The notes below the pieces were generated by a model. That model did not search any database, was not told where the DNA came from, and saw nothing but the letters and a program-made list of their open reading frames with translations. The position numbers and the translations under genes were made by a program. A stretch of 64,000 nt of DNA from Eledone cirrhosa. Lineage: Eukaryota. Shown here piece by piece: positions 41,649 through 54,124 of this stretch (its first letter is position 1; every line of letters starts with the position of its first letter). The DNA lies in the NCBI GenBank assembly GCA_964016885.1, contig OZ024741.1, positions 218,612,001-218,676,000 on the forward strand, read 5' to 3'.

Positions 41649-42264
41649 TGGCTGCCAACTCGTTTTCGAGTACGGCCACTACTTTATATCCATGTAGGAG
41701 AACCCCTACCGATGCGCCGAACGAATGTGACTTTTTAGTCCAGCCAGCAACTTGAAAACTCTGGTACAAACACTACACTTGTGACCATTATTGACACATA
41801 GTGCAGGGCCCATGGTACCATGTGACGACAAGTGCAGAGAGATCTCCAGATATAAAGCAATGCCTGTGCCGTGAAGCTTTTATAGTGAGCAAAGGCACTG
41901 CACAAAGCCAGTCCCACTCTCTTAACCAAGATGATATTTACCAAAAAGAAGAACAAGTCAACATCATTGGATACCATCAAGGTTGCAGGTGTTACATCAG
42001 AGTTTTCCTTCTCCTAGAATTCTGCCTTGACAAAGGCTAAGGGGTCATCTCTCCCAGTGATTTTGGATGGCCATTGACTCTTAAGAGCTCCTTTGCCCTT
42101 TGACAGGTTTTGTTTTTAGTCCTGCAGGATGTCCAAAGTCACCCTCCTCACCAAGAAACCTTGGTGGGGTTGCCAGTTTAGTCGCCAACGACCCGACCAT
42201 GAGACAGGTTGTACTGGGATACATGTTACCAGTAGCACCAACTGGTGACCTGACATATATATAT

Positions 42265-42798
42265 ATACAATATATTAACAAATGGAAACTATATTTATAA
42301 AACGATATTTATTTTATTATACATATTTCAAGGGCCACCAAGGTAATTAGGGTGCGCTTTCATCAGATAAAATACAATACAGATTGGTTTTATAAATAAA
42401 TATTGACATACCCTGAAAAAAGACAACCTTAACGGTTGGAGCTTCCTGGATAGTGGAGATATTAGATTTATTGAGGGTGATAGAAAATTATGATTGAGTA
42501 TGCAAATAAATCTAATATCTCCACTATCCAGGAAGCTCCAACCGTTAACGTTGTCTTTTTTCAGGATATGTCAATATTTATTTATAAAACAAATCTGTAT
42601 TGTATTTTATCTGATGAAATTGCACCATAATTTGCCTTGGTGGCCCTTGAAATATGTATAATAAAATAAATATGGTTTTATAAATATAGTTTCCATTTGT
42701 TAATATATTGTATATTTACTCCATAATCGGTTGAGTGCTTTATATCAGTTATAAAAATGTTTAAGCTTATTGAATCCCACCAAATTAAATATAACCTC

Positions 42799-42801
<3 letters not shown>
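42265..42801. mobile_element. Penelope-like fold-back with a hammerhead in each arm
   Basis: Arms about 42265-42471 and 42505-42713. The + hammerhead spans 42603-42668 (TATTTTAT-CTGATGA..GAAA-TATGTA-TA-ATAAAATA), with its mirror core at 42360-42366. Tail motif TTGAGTGCT at 42731. Confidence 0.8.
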
Positions 42802-42869
<68 letters not shown>

Positions 42870-42870
<1 letters not shown>

Positions 42871-43693
42871 TTTCAACAATGTCAGTATTCCGTGCGTCAT
42901 AATTCTCGATTATCATTGGTTCATAGGTTTCAAACTACTCCGCCCACCTCAACGACGCCAAACTTAAATTAATATGCATAATGCCAATCAGAGAGTGAGA
43001 GGGGAGAGTAAGAAACAGAGGCAAAGTGAATGCTGTAACTATTACCATGTGTGCATGTGTATGTACGTGCGCATATGTTTATGTGTGTGTGCGTGCGTGC
43101 AGCGTTCCACAGAAAGTAAAAGCAATTCGACTTTATCAAACAGTGAACTACAGCGGCGACGGCGTGCAGCCAGCAATGAGGAAAAACGGGCTGAACAGCG
43201 CCACTGGAACGCCGAACTTCAGAGGCGAAGACGTGCCGCCATGAATGAAGAGGAGCTGGCTGAACAACGCCAACGAAACACTGGAGCCAAGCAGCGACGG
43301 CGTGCTGCGATGGTTGAAGACGAACTGGCTGAGCATCATCTTTTATATTAATTATCTATATCTATATCTACATATAATATAGAAGATTGGAACTTCCATC
43401 ATCCTTTTGAGAAACGTGGACCAACCACGTCTATGCAATGATACGCGTTTTACAGTCAGGCTGAAGATGAACCATCTCCTAGAGATCACTATTCTAGGTG
43501 GGAGCACCTTGAATTGTTCATATACTATGCACAAACGGTACAACGAAGAATCTGGTATATCTGGAAGAATTTTTTTACTGTTTTTTGTATCACACAGACT
43601 CTACGGACTCGCCACATACTGTAAGCAGACAAACATCCAATAGCCATTTTCTCTTTTGCCTGTCTTCTCTTATCATCTGGGTACGTCAGCTAG
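42870..43693 (+). mobile_element. Internally deleted Helitron remnant
   Basis: About 43140-43335 encodes repeated ELQRRRRAA..EE.AEQR, like RepHel N-terminal repeats. About 43383-43503 encodes KIGTSIILLRNVDQPRLCNDTRFTV..LLEITILGG (Pif1-like helicase motif). It ends GGGTACGTCAGCTAG|T, a 3' CTAG terminus. Confidence 0.75.
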
Positions 43694-43744
43694 TATATAT
43701 ATATATACAAGTGGAAGGTTAGTAAAATCTTTCCCCATATATAT

Positions 43745-44750
43745 ACTAGACATGAAAAATGCGCAAGCTCAAAAGTGCCACAGAATGTTATAATAAACCT
43801 TCAAAAGTGTGGGACTAGAGTTGTTGCTAAAAAATATTGTAATCATTATATATCGTACATTCTGTGGCATCCTTTATAAAAATAGCTTAAACCAACGAAG
43901 CCTTTATTTTTACGCTATTTCACTTAGTTAATTCTTAGAGTGTAACATATAAAAATATGATTTACAACTATAAAATAAATTAATTAATATAATAACAGAG
44001 CTGCGGAGCTGAAATTTAGGAAATAATAGAGTATCGGATCCTGAGTTGGAGCCAGTCAATTTTTGGCCGACTCCGCAGCCCTGTATAATACATTTCATAT
44101 TAAAGTTATTAATAAACCTATTTTACACTTCATGCAAATTACCACGAGATATTGATATTAGATATAAGATACAGCGCAATATCTACAGCTGTAAAAGTAC
44201 GAAAGCGAAGTAATAATAAGTGGCTTAAGGTAATTCCAATATGAAAGTTTGTAGTGATAAAAATTTGATAATGCAATACGATTGTTAATATTATAGTTCT
44301 ATGAAAATGTAACAATAGATAACTAAATTATTTTACTATTAGTATATTTAAGAAATTATCATTATAGATTTGATCGTTCATATAAGCATCATATTAAGTT
44401 TCAACACAATTATTTTGTTACTATGAGTATATGATAATAATATTACGTAATTATTTATAGCTTTTATTACATTAAACATAGATGTATTTATTTTTATATG
44501 TTACACTCTAAGAATTAACTAAGTGAAATAGCGTAAAAATAAAGGCTTCGTTGGTTTAAGCTATTTTTATAAAGGATGCCACAGAATGTACGATATATAA
44601 TGATTACAATATTTTTTAGCAACAACTCTAGTCCCACACTTTTGAAGGTTTATTATAACATTCTGTGGCACTTTTGAGCTTGCGCATTTTTCATGTCTAG
44701 TTTAATATTTTTTTAAGGCAACGCTTGTAATAACTCTAGTTAAACAGGAT
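43745..44750. mobile_element. Element with identical 213-bp inverted arms and a short unpaired right tail
   Basis: 43745-43957 is the reverse complement of 44489-44701; the spacer is about 530 bp and AT-rich. Confidence 0.7.
43996..44083. mobile_element. Small hAT-like MITE nested in the preceding element
   Basis: Terminal inverted repeats CAGAGCTGCGGAG / CTCCGCAGCCCTG with a near 8-bp target duplication (TATAATAA / TATAATAC). Confidence 0.55.
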
Positions 44751-45257
44751 ATATATTAATAATAAATTATCGTTGTAATGTAATTAGATTATGTAATTGT
44801 TATTATAAATTATCTTATAAATATTAGTGTAAGATGTATAAAAATATTTTCAGACTTTTAATATAAACAACTACAAAAAACAATCAATATTAAATCAATA
44901 TATTATACATAATAGAAAACATAAAATATACAATACAAAAACAAAATATTTACATACAATTGCAATTATCAGTGTATATACATTTTCTTTATATTCCCTG
45001 AGCAAATTAATAAGATTTGTTTTTATTGTACATAATTTGATGACTTGTTGGAGTGTATTAAAAGATAGCAACAATTTGTGATTAAATTGTTATCTTAAGC
45101 AACTCACTTTTTAATAGTTGTTGGCTGAGCAAAATTGTAAAAGCCTATGAGCAAATATAAAAAAAAATACACAAACAACATTTCCTTGTGTTATTACAAC
45201 ATTAGATAAAATAATTGAGCAATGTCGTTATATTTTGCTCTTATTGCACATTAATAG

Positions 45258-45425
45258 TGTTTCTATTTTTCGGCACAAATCCATTACGGCAGTCCATTAC
45301 TGGTACTTTATTTTATCGAATTAGTAAGTATGAAAGTCGAAGTTAACCTCGGCAGGATTTGAACTTAGAATGCAAAGGACCATAACAATACTGCAAAGCA
45401 TGGTGTCTGACGCTCTACCAATACT
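45258..45425 (-). mobile_element. Nin/Deu-like SINE
   Basis: CTGGTACTTTATTTTATCGA..GGATTTGAACT..GACGCTCTACC. Confidence 0.75.
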
Positions 45426-45815
45426 TGTGTTGATCTGGTCATTAATTTATGGTGGTCGTGCGTGGAGTAGAGCAATCGCTAGTTGAAATATTATGAACAA
45501 AACATTTTTATTTGCCGAAGAACATATTTTCAATACTGTTTGTGAATGTGACGAAGGAAATACATTCTGATATGGAACAGTGTACAAAGTGTGTCTGTGA
45601 ATAACATAATGTTACCTCATGTTGTTGTCAAGACATAATGGATTTCGTATATCCAGTTAGAAGATGAAACCTAGCCATCTCGGATTAGTTATATTTCATG
45701 CCATGTGTAAACGTGTTTGGGGATAGCAAAATATGCGCGTTAATTATAATAATTAGTTAATAATATTACAAAATATACCTAATTAAACTCTTTGCTTGAA
45801 ATTTTATCATTCTTC

Positions 45816-45902
<87 letters not shown>

Positions 45903-47314
45903 TCTAGTCCTTCGCTCAAGATTAATCTATAAGTTTAGATGTTTGCCTTCGTTTAAGTAAATATTACAGTAAGATTTTTAATATAAACAACTACAAAAAA
46001 CAATTAATATTAAAACGAAAAAATTATCAATGATAAAAGAAGCGGATGCAACTTTTTTTTTTATAAAGTTATATTCCTGTTTCTTTAAAGAACATTTCAT
46101 TTTTGTTCTATTGTAGGCGAAATAATGCAATGGTTTAATAGGGAAGATATAACTTACGAATTATGTCTCTAACCGTGTAACGCTTTTTAAGTAGATAACT
46201 ACAATTGAAAATACTAAAGAAATGGAACCAACAATTCAATTTGAAAGTCGTCTAGTGACAGTGTATTACTGGTACTTTATTTTATCGACCCCGTAACGAT
46301 GAAAGGCAAAAATGCAAATGCTTAAAATTTAAATTGCCTTAATTCTATCGTCTGCTGTTTCATTAAAGGGAGATTATCGTCTGTATTTAATTCTATCGTC
46401 TACTGTTCCACTAAACAGATATACCTCCACTATCGTCTCTATTTATACATTTTAACTTATAACTTATACACATTTGATTTGAAATATTTTATCTAGTCCC
46501 CCCTCTCAATATTATGATGATTTCTTTCGAATGAAACAGTTCTAGTCCTGTAGAAGCCATTTATATATATAATTGAACTGAGTTAAAAATTCACAATATT
46601 TATAATTAAATAAGCTCATATATATATGTGTGTATTTATCTGTTTATTGTATTATATATAATGTGTGTATATACAGGATGTCCCCCAAAAATATATACAC
46701 ACTTCAACAGCATTCTAATAACTATTGCCTGTACAGGTAATCAAAGTGTCAATCGAATGTTAGTTTCGTGTTTTAACAGTACAAATTTACAATACACACA
46801 TAAAACCAGTGTATATACATACATGAGTGTGTATACACATACATGAATGTGTATATACAATATATATGTATATATATATAGACACATATATTCACTGTGC
46901 AACGGTACATTAAAATATAGATGCGGGAGAGGGGGGGGGGTGTATATATAGGGGCGCTGGGGATAAAGGAGTGTAAAGCGTGTGTAATTGATATATTGAA
47001 GGAGAGGAGCGTGCAGCGATAGAGTAACAAATATATAGAGAGGGGGAGAGATGGTATTGAAGGGGAGGAGTGCAAAGCGAAAGAGTAAGAGATATATATA
47101 GAGACGGAACAGATAGAGAGAAACAGGCGTAAGTAACAGTGGAAGAGATATAGAGAGAGGTACTCTGATTGGTTGAAAATTAGCCAATGACATACGATCA
47201 CCACCACCACGGCTATCCCCGAAAAAATTTTAAAGAAGCTAGGCATATATGTTAGAACACGAAAAGTGAACATTCTGTTGTTTCACACTTTTCGTGTTCT
47301 AACAGATATATATA

Positions 47315-47479
47315 AAGAGTCAGGACCCCGACAGCTAGATCCGAACAGAGTTCGGATCTAGCTGTCGAAACGGCCGGTGCTCAGCCGTCAGGGTCTTGAC
47401 TCTTTCCCTGTTACCCACATCCTAAGTATCGAGTACTCTGGTGCGTTATGGTCCAGCTGGTTTCTTACCGCACTTTCTT

Positions 47480-47485
<6 letters not shown>
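47315..47485 (+). mobile_element. 3' end of the 39231/53607/54859 family with an internal hairpin
   Basis: CGACAGCTAGATCCGAAC..GTTCGGATCTAGCTGTC-GAAAC; tail motif TCGAGTACT at 47429. Confidence 0.65.
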
Positions 47486-47512
<27 letters not shown>

Positions 47513-47811
47513 AGTATGCATGTATACGTACATACATATATGTATACAGACCGTATGGCATAAATTCAGGCTGTTCAGTTTGTTTACAAACGAACAAAGC
47601 GACGTTATAATAAGCGCCGCTAAACTGATACGTGCATATATGTATGTGTACCTGTATGCATATGTATATATATGTGTATATATATATATATATGTGCATG
47701 CTACTGTACGTCTGTATACATATATGTATGTACGTATACATGCATACTTACATTTAAGTAAGTGCCATACTAAGAGTGAGAAATGAAATTTCGTTTTCAT
47801 TTTGTTTCAAT

Positions 47812-47867
<56 letters not shown>

Positions 47868-48138
47868 CTGTGACTGTATGTGTACGTGTGTATATATATA
47901 GATATGTTTGTATGTGAGTTTATGTGTGTATATGCCATCGATGTAGTTTAGCCAGATGTTAAAAAAGATCCAGTAAACCTTCGTATGATTAAAGCCTTGC
48001 TTGTTGTAACAGCTGAGTTATTTTCAGACAGACCATTTAAATTATAATACGTATATAATGTGTACTTCTTCTCCGAAGATAGTATGGGAGTCTAGAATAG
48101 AGATTTAGCTTCTATTTCTAACAAGAAAATTCCACCTA

Positions 48139-48311
48139 CCGTATTTCCGGGTGCCGAAGACGCTTTCGTCCTCGAGGACGCACCTTAATTTTGACAACCA
48201 AAAATTTGAAAAAAAATAATAAACAACCTTCGACAACCTGGAGGGACACAGGGAAGATTTTTGAGACTTATTTTAGAGGGAAAGTAAAATCTTTGACGCC
48301 GGGAAATACGG
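48139..48311. mobile_element. Tc1/mariner-pogo-type MITE
   Basis: TA|CCGTATTTCC...GGAAATACGG|TA: terminal inverted repeats with a TA duplication. A related element lies at about 59953-60143. Confidence 0.75.
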
Positions 48312-48559
48312 TATATATTTTTTTACAAGATATAAATATGAAATAGAGTTGTCTCCCTTGTATAGAATCTTTTTTTTTTTTTATAGACGATTGTTGGGGG
48401 AAAAAAACTAAGGGAAGCAACTCCATTTACTTAAAATATATACCGTATATACTCGAATATATGTCGACCGTTATTTTGTCTGTAAAATAGGCAAACATTA
48501 AAATCTCGTATATAAACCAAGGCAGATAACCAACAAATAATGACACGATTTTGAAATTC

Positions 48560-49030
48560 TCATGTCAGAAAAATGAACAGTGTATGAGTCATGAAATACA
48601 TGTGTGGGTGTGTATGCAGGGGGGACATCAGGTGCAGTGTTGGCGAATGTCAGGAAGCATGGAGGTTTTAAAGGGTGCAGTGTCTCGACAGCTAACAACT
48701 GATGCAGGTAGTTTGTTCCATGCTTCAGCAACTCTGAGCGTGAAAAAATGTTTCTGAAAGTCATGGGAGCTGTGCTGTTTTCTGACTTTGTTGGCATGCC
48801 CACGTGTGTTAGACACATGGAAATCAAAGGTACTCAGGGTTGTTGTTGGAAAGAAAAGATGGTTAATAATTTTGTGGTTGTTTACCAAGTCAGTTGCCAG
48901 ACGTCAGAGCTTCAATGTATCCATGCCCAGGTAAGCAAGGCATTCAGAGTACGGTAGATGCCTGATGGAGGGTATTCGATTGGTTGCACGTCTCTGAACA
49001 GTTTCCAGGAGGTCAATATTCTGAGCAGGA
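48560..49030 (-). mobile_element. CR1-clade LINE 3' fragment
   Basis: Encodes SNTRGHANKVRKQ..HFFTLRVAEAWNKLPASVV..FKT, the typical CR1 ORF2 C-terminus. Confidence 0.8.
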
Positions 49031-49398
49031 GATTTATATATAAATGTATGGAGAGATATATGTATATGTATAGAGAGATATATGTATCGATATATATATA
49101 TATCGAGAGATATATGTATAAGTATATATAGAGAGAAAGGGCCATATATCTATGAGAAAACAATATATTGTATATACACAGAGCACATATTTCAAAATTT
49201 ATATATATATAAATATATAAAACAAATAGTTATCGCCCTACATGGCTGAATACAATAAATGTATTCTGAGATTTTCGAATATTGATAACAATATTCAATT
49301 CATTTGCAATTATGCAAATGGCCTCTTCTAAGCCATGTCAGTAGAATGAGCCCTCATTCTTGCTCTTGTGTTGGCTTATATATGTATATATATATATA

Positions 49399-50425
49399 AT
49401 TGAATAAACAAGAGAGATGAACACTAATATAAACATACATGTGTTCGAATTGTAAGGACCAAATTTGCTAGGGTGAAAAAATACTAACTACAGCAATATG
49501 GTTTGTTATCCTTAATGACACGTGCGTTAATTCATATCGTACACAATTCATTCTCTAATATTTTTAGAAGTGAAAGGATCACTAATTTCTCAACAACTAC
49601 TGAGGAGCAGAGAAATGTGAGAACTTCACTTAATAAGTCATTGCGAAACAGTCTCCAACACTGTCTAAGGTCTGTTATTTTTCTTAATTTTTCTTAATTT
49701 AATATTTAAAGTTAAGGATAACAAACTATATTGCTGTAGTTAGTATTTTTTCACCCTAGCAAATTTGGTCGTTACGATTCGAACACATGCATGTTTATAT
49801 TAGTGTTCATCTCTCTTGTTTATTCAATCATATTGTACAGCTCAGAAAAGCTTTTTTCTTAGAGCTATTTAATTGTAAGAGACTACCCTGAGTTCTTAAC
49901 TCAATATATATTTGTCGACTCCATCATGTAGAGCTAATTTTTAATGTCCTGTCAGCCAGGCTGCTATTTTTAGCGGCAGGGAATTTCGAGACAAGCTGGG
50001 TTCCGAATGACACGTGCGATAATTCATATCGTACACAATTCATTCTCTAATATTTTTAGAAGTGAAAGGATCACTAATTTCTCAACAACTACTGAGGAGC
50101 AGAGAAACGTGAGAACTTCACTTAATAAGTCGTTGCGAAACAGTCTCCAACACCGTCTAGTTGTTACCAGGCATTTTGCCCAATATAGGTCTGTTATTTT
50201 TCTTAATTTTTCTTAATTTAATATTTAAAGTTAAGGATAACAAACTATATTGTTGTAGTTAGTATTTTTCACCCTAGCAAATTTGGTTGTTACGATTCGA
50301 ACACATGCATGTTTATATTAGTGTTCATCTCTCTTGTTTATTCAATCATATTGTACGGCTTGGAAAAACTTTTTTCTTAGAGCTATTTAATTGTAAGAGA
50401 CTACCCTGAGTTCTTAACTCAATAT
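49399..50425 (+). mobile_element. Penelope-like element: short inverted pseudo-LTR plus two tandem pseudo-LTRs, each with a hammerhead core
   Basis: 49399-49513 is inverted relative to about 49712-49828. Direct repeats at about 49514-49910 and 50006-50425. Hammerhead cores at 49600 and 50092; (TA)n flanks. Confidence 0.85.
50084..50165 (+). ncRNA. Type I hammerhead ribozyme (predicted)
   Basis: Stem I AACAACTA/TAGTTGTT (8 bp), core CTGAGGA 50092-50098, stem II GCA/TGC, GAAA 50137-50140, stem III ACAG/CCGT (one mismatch), GTC cleavage triplet 50155-50157. Confidence 0.75.
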
Positions 50426-50492
50426 ATATATATTGCAAGCAGGGAAGAGCGGACGTAAAATGATGATGATGATGATGATATATATATATTTA

Positions 50493-50762
50493 ATTAGAAA
50501 GTGAACAACACAATACATAACTACTCCATTACCAAAGGTTTCTGGTCCCTAGACAATATTAATATACATCTGGATCGTTCATCAGACAGTGATAACATCT
50601 CTGTCTGATGAACAATCCAGACATATATTAATATTGTCTAGGGACCAGAAACCTTTGGTAATCGAGTAATTATGTATTGTGTTGTTCACTTTCTAATATA
50701 ATAGCTCTGTTCTATACGTAGAGCACTCTTTTTTCATTGCCTTTTGTTTGGAATTACCTAAC
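50493..50762. mobile_element. Fold-back element with hammerhead-like cores
   Basis: Arms about 50493-50589 and 50601-50697. CTGATGA at 50605 and GAAACC-TTT-GGT-A at 50648-50660. Tail motif TAGAGCACT at about 50719. Confidence 0.65.
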
Positions 50763-50777
50763 ATATATATATATATA

Positions 50778-52975
50778 TATAATTTATGCCAGTTCCTTTT
50801 CTACATATCGAACATGGCCATTTCCCTAACGGAATCAGAGTTTTGTCCTCTTTTCTACTTATCAACACTTTTGCCTTAGCTAGGTTCACTCTCAGTCCTC
50901 TTGATTCCAACTGCTGTTTCCATAACCAGAATTTATTCTCTAGCTCCTCTACTGATTCTGCTATAAGAACCAGATCATCAGCATAGAGAAGTTCCCATAG
51001 ACAGCCAGTCTTAAACACCTCTGTTATGGCTTGGAGGACTATAATGAACAAAAACAGGCTGAGGACCGAACCCTGATGTACTCCTACTTGTATCTGGAAT
51101 TCCTAACTAAACTTCATTCCTACCCTTTACTGACAACACCTTTGTACAAAGCTTGCACTGTCCTCACAAGCCATTCCTCAACACCTAGTTTCCTTGGGGA
51201 CCACCAGATGACAGATCGGGGTACCCTATCAAAGGCCTTCTCTAGGTCAACAAAAGCTAAGTATAGTGGCTTGTTCTTCTCTAAGAACCTCTCTTGTAGT
51301 TGTCTCACTAAGAAGAGGGCATCTGTTGTACTTTTCCCAGGCACAAAACCAAACTGCATCTCATCTAGTTTGACCCTTTCTCTAATTAGTTGCGCTAATA
51401 TCCTTTCTGCCACTTGCATAACCTGATCCATCAGTTTTAAGCCCCTATAATTGCTCCTCTCCAGAGCATCACCTTTACCTTTGTAGCAATTTATGAGAAT
51501 ACTGCTGCACCAGTCTTTGGGTATACAGCCATATATAACCTGATTGATGATGCATGCAACCAGTTTAGTGCCTACGTCCCCTGATGCGTTCAGCATCTCA
51601 GCAACTAACCCTAACGGTCCAGCAGCCTTACCATTTTTCATTCCCTTAATCGTCTCTTGGACACTATATTCGTCAATCTCAATAGCTGGTCCCTCTGTCA
51701 GATCTACTGGGGGTAATTTCTCTCTCTCCCATTCGTTCTCCACATTCATCAGTCTCTCATAATGACATTTCCCGGCCTCCTTTTTCCAATCATTCGTGAC
51801 ACTAAGTACACCAGCATCATTCCTGACACACTTATCTCCAACAACATCCTGATTTGCAATGACACACTGCCTTGCAATACGGAACACCACACGTCTCTGA
51901 TCTTCCCGTCGCAGACCATTGGCAAACGTCCTACTCTCAGCCTCCCTGCATGTTAAGTACACCTGACGTCTAGCTTCTCCTTTAGCAGCTGTATATCCTT
52001 CTCTACTGCCACCATTTTTCCAAGCATTCCATGCTAGTCTTTTGTCTCTAATGGCCCTATCTACCATGCTGTTCCACCACCAGGTCACTCTCTGTCTGGT
52101 TGGAGCTCTGCTCCAGCCACAAGTTTCTTCAGTAGCCTGTAGTAAGTTGTCCCGTAAGAAATCCCAGTTATCATCTATGTCATACGACTCTAATGCAGAT
52201 CTTGAGTACACAAGAGATGTGGTGGGATAGCAGGCAAACTAACAGGTAGGGAGAAGTACATATGCAGTAGATGTACAGGGAAATTTGACAGTAGAAGTCG
52301 CATTGATAGACACATTTTTCAAATACAGGTGGGTGCTATAGAAGTGGTTGATAGCTTCCGGTACCTAGGTGATCAAATTAGCATGGGGGTGGGGGGGGGG
52401 GGGGGGTTCCGAGGCCATAGTATCTAGAATAAGGATGGGTTGGAAGAAGTTTAGGGAGCTGCTTCCTCTGCTGACGAAGAAGGGTTTCTTCCTGCGTATG
52501 AAAGGCCGGTTATATGATGCCTGTGTGAGGTGCATGGTAGTAAGACATGGACAGCAACAGCAGAGGATATGAGACGGTTGGAGAGAAATGAGGCAAGCAT
52601 GCTTCGTTTGATGTGCAATGTCAATGTGTGTGAACGACCAAGCATAGACGAGTTGAGAAAGAAACTGGGTATAAGAGGGATAAGTTGTGATGTGCAGGAG
52701 AGAAGGCTGAGATGGTATAGACATGTGATGCGCATGGAGGATGACCGATGGGTGAAGAAGTGCCAAGAAATGCCAGTTGAAGGAAGACGTAGTAGAGGCA
52801 GACCACGAAAAACATGGGCGGAGGCGGTGAGAGCAAACCTCAGATCGCTGAAGCTCACGGTGAAGATGACGAAGGACCGTGACAAGTGGAGAGATGCTGC
52901 GCTGAATAGGACACAACCCACCCTTGCAAGCAGTGGAAAGCGGACGTAAAATGACGATGATGATGATAATGATGA
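50778..52975. mobile_element. RTE LINE with an inverted 5' segment (twin-priming structure), frameshifted
   Basis: 50778-52191 (-) encodes ESYDIDDNWDF through RT/YADD to CSICRKGTGIN. From about 52192 (+) the sequence continues VHKRCGG..YLG..GRPRKTW to the (GAT)n tail. Confidence 0.9.
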
Positions 52976-53331
52976 TATGTATATACATTAAATATGGAGA
53001 ACATGACAAGAGAAAAAAGACAGATAAAAAATAAAGAAAAAAACACTTCAATCTTGGTCCTGATTTTATTCTTCTTTTACAAAAAGGACAACAAAATAAT
53101 AATAATAATAATATCAATAATAATAATAATAATAATAGTAATAATAGTCTGGCTTAAAAATCAATTCTTTTTAATAGTTGAATTACAAAGTAATATGCTG
53201 AAAAGTTGAATATATTTTCAAACAATGTTATCAGAATATGGAGGGAGGGGGGCATGGAAAAAAAAAAAGGCAGTCAATGTATCTCTGTGTGTATAGTAGT
53301 AGTAGAGAAAGTTCCCTAATATGAACGTAAT

Positions 53332-53364
<33 letters not shown>

Positions 53365-53366
<2 letters not shown>

Positions 53367-53575
53367 TCAATGTAGAAATGACTTCAACAGGACTAGAACT
53401 GTTTCATTTATATGAAATCATCAGGAATTGTATTCCTAATGATTTCATATGAATGAAACAGTTCTACTCCTGTAGGAGTCATTTCTATATGAAATAAATA
53501 GGTTTATTATAATGTATGGAGTACCTTACTTAACTGTGGTTTCTTCCTGATCTCCTTTGGAAACCCATTCTTAAC
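53365..53575. mobile_element. Fold-back element with hammerhead-like cores (family of 1420-1550)
   Basis: Arms about 53372-53427 and 53431-53488. The - arm reads CTGATGA-TTTC..AAAT-GAAACAG..CTGT-T. Tail motif TGGAGTACC. Confidence 0.65.
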
Positions 53576-53606
<31 letters not shown>

Positions 53607-53609
<3 letters not shown>

Positions 53610-53812
53610 GGAAAATGTTCAAGACCCGGACGGCAGAACTCAAGCAGCTTCGACGGCTATTTCTGGACTGAAATAGTCCAGAAATAGCCGTCGAAATGGC
53701 TTGAGCTCTGCTGTCGGGGTCTTGAACATTTTCCTATTACCCACTCTACTACCCAAAGTATTGAGTACTCTGGTGCGTTATGGTCCACCTGGTTCCTTAC
53801 CACACTTCCTTC

Positions 53813-53813
<1 letters not shown>
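53607..53813. mobile_element. Fold-back element (39231 family)
   Basis: Arms about 53607-53669 and 53675-53737; tail motif TTGAGTACT at 53761. Confidence 0.75.
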
Positions 53814-53863
<50 letters not shown>

Positions 53864-53865
<2 letters not shown>

Positions 53866-54069
53866 TTTATCATGACTAAATGATGAGTCTTGTTACTCTA
53901 GAGTTTCATGTGTTCTAACAGGATCATCAGGCAAGACACATGTCTTGTTAGCTGATTCCGTGAGGGAGCAGGTGAAACTCCAGAGTAACAAGACTCATCA
54001 CTTAGCCCTAATAAAGGATATTTAAACTCTACCTCAGTATTGAGTACTCATTCTTACATCCGTCAAAAT

Positions 54070-54072
<3 letters not shown>
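53864..54072. mobile_element. Fold-back element with a hammerhead on the - arm; sister copy at 54310-54488
   Basis: The - strand at 53887-53937 reads TCTTGC-CTGATGA-TCCTGTT..-GAAACTC-TA-GAGT-A-ACAAGA. Tail motif TTGAGTACT at 54040. Confidence 0.7.
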
Positions 54073-54124
<52 letters not shown>

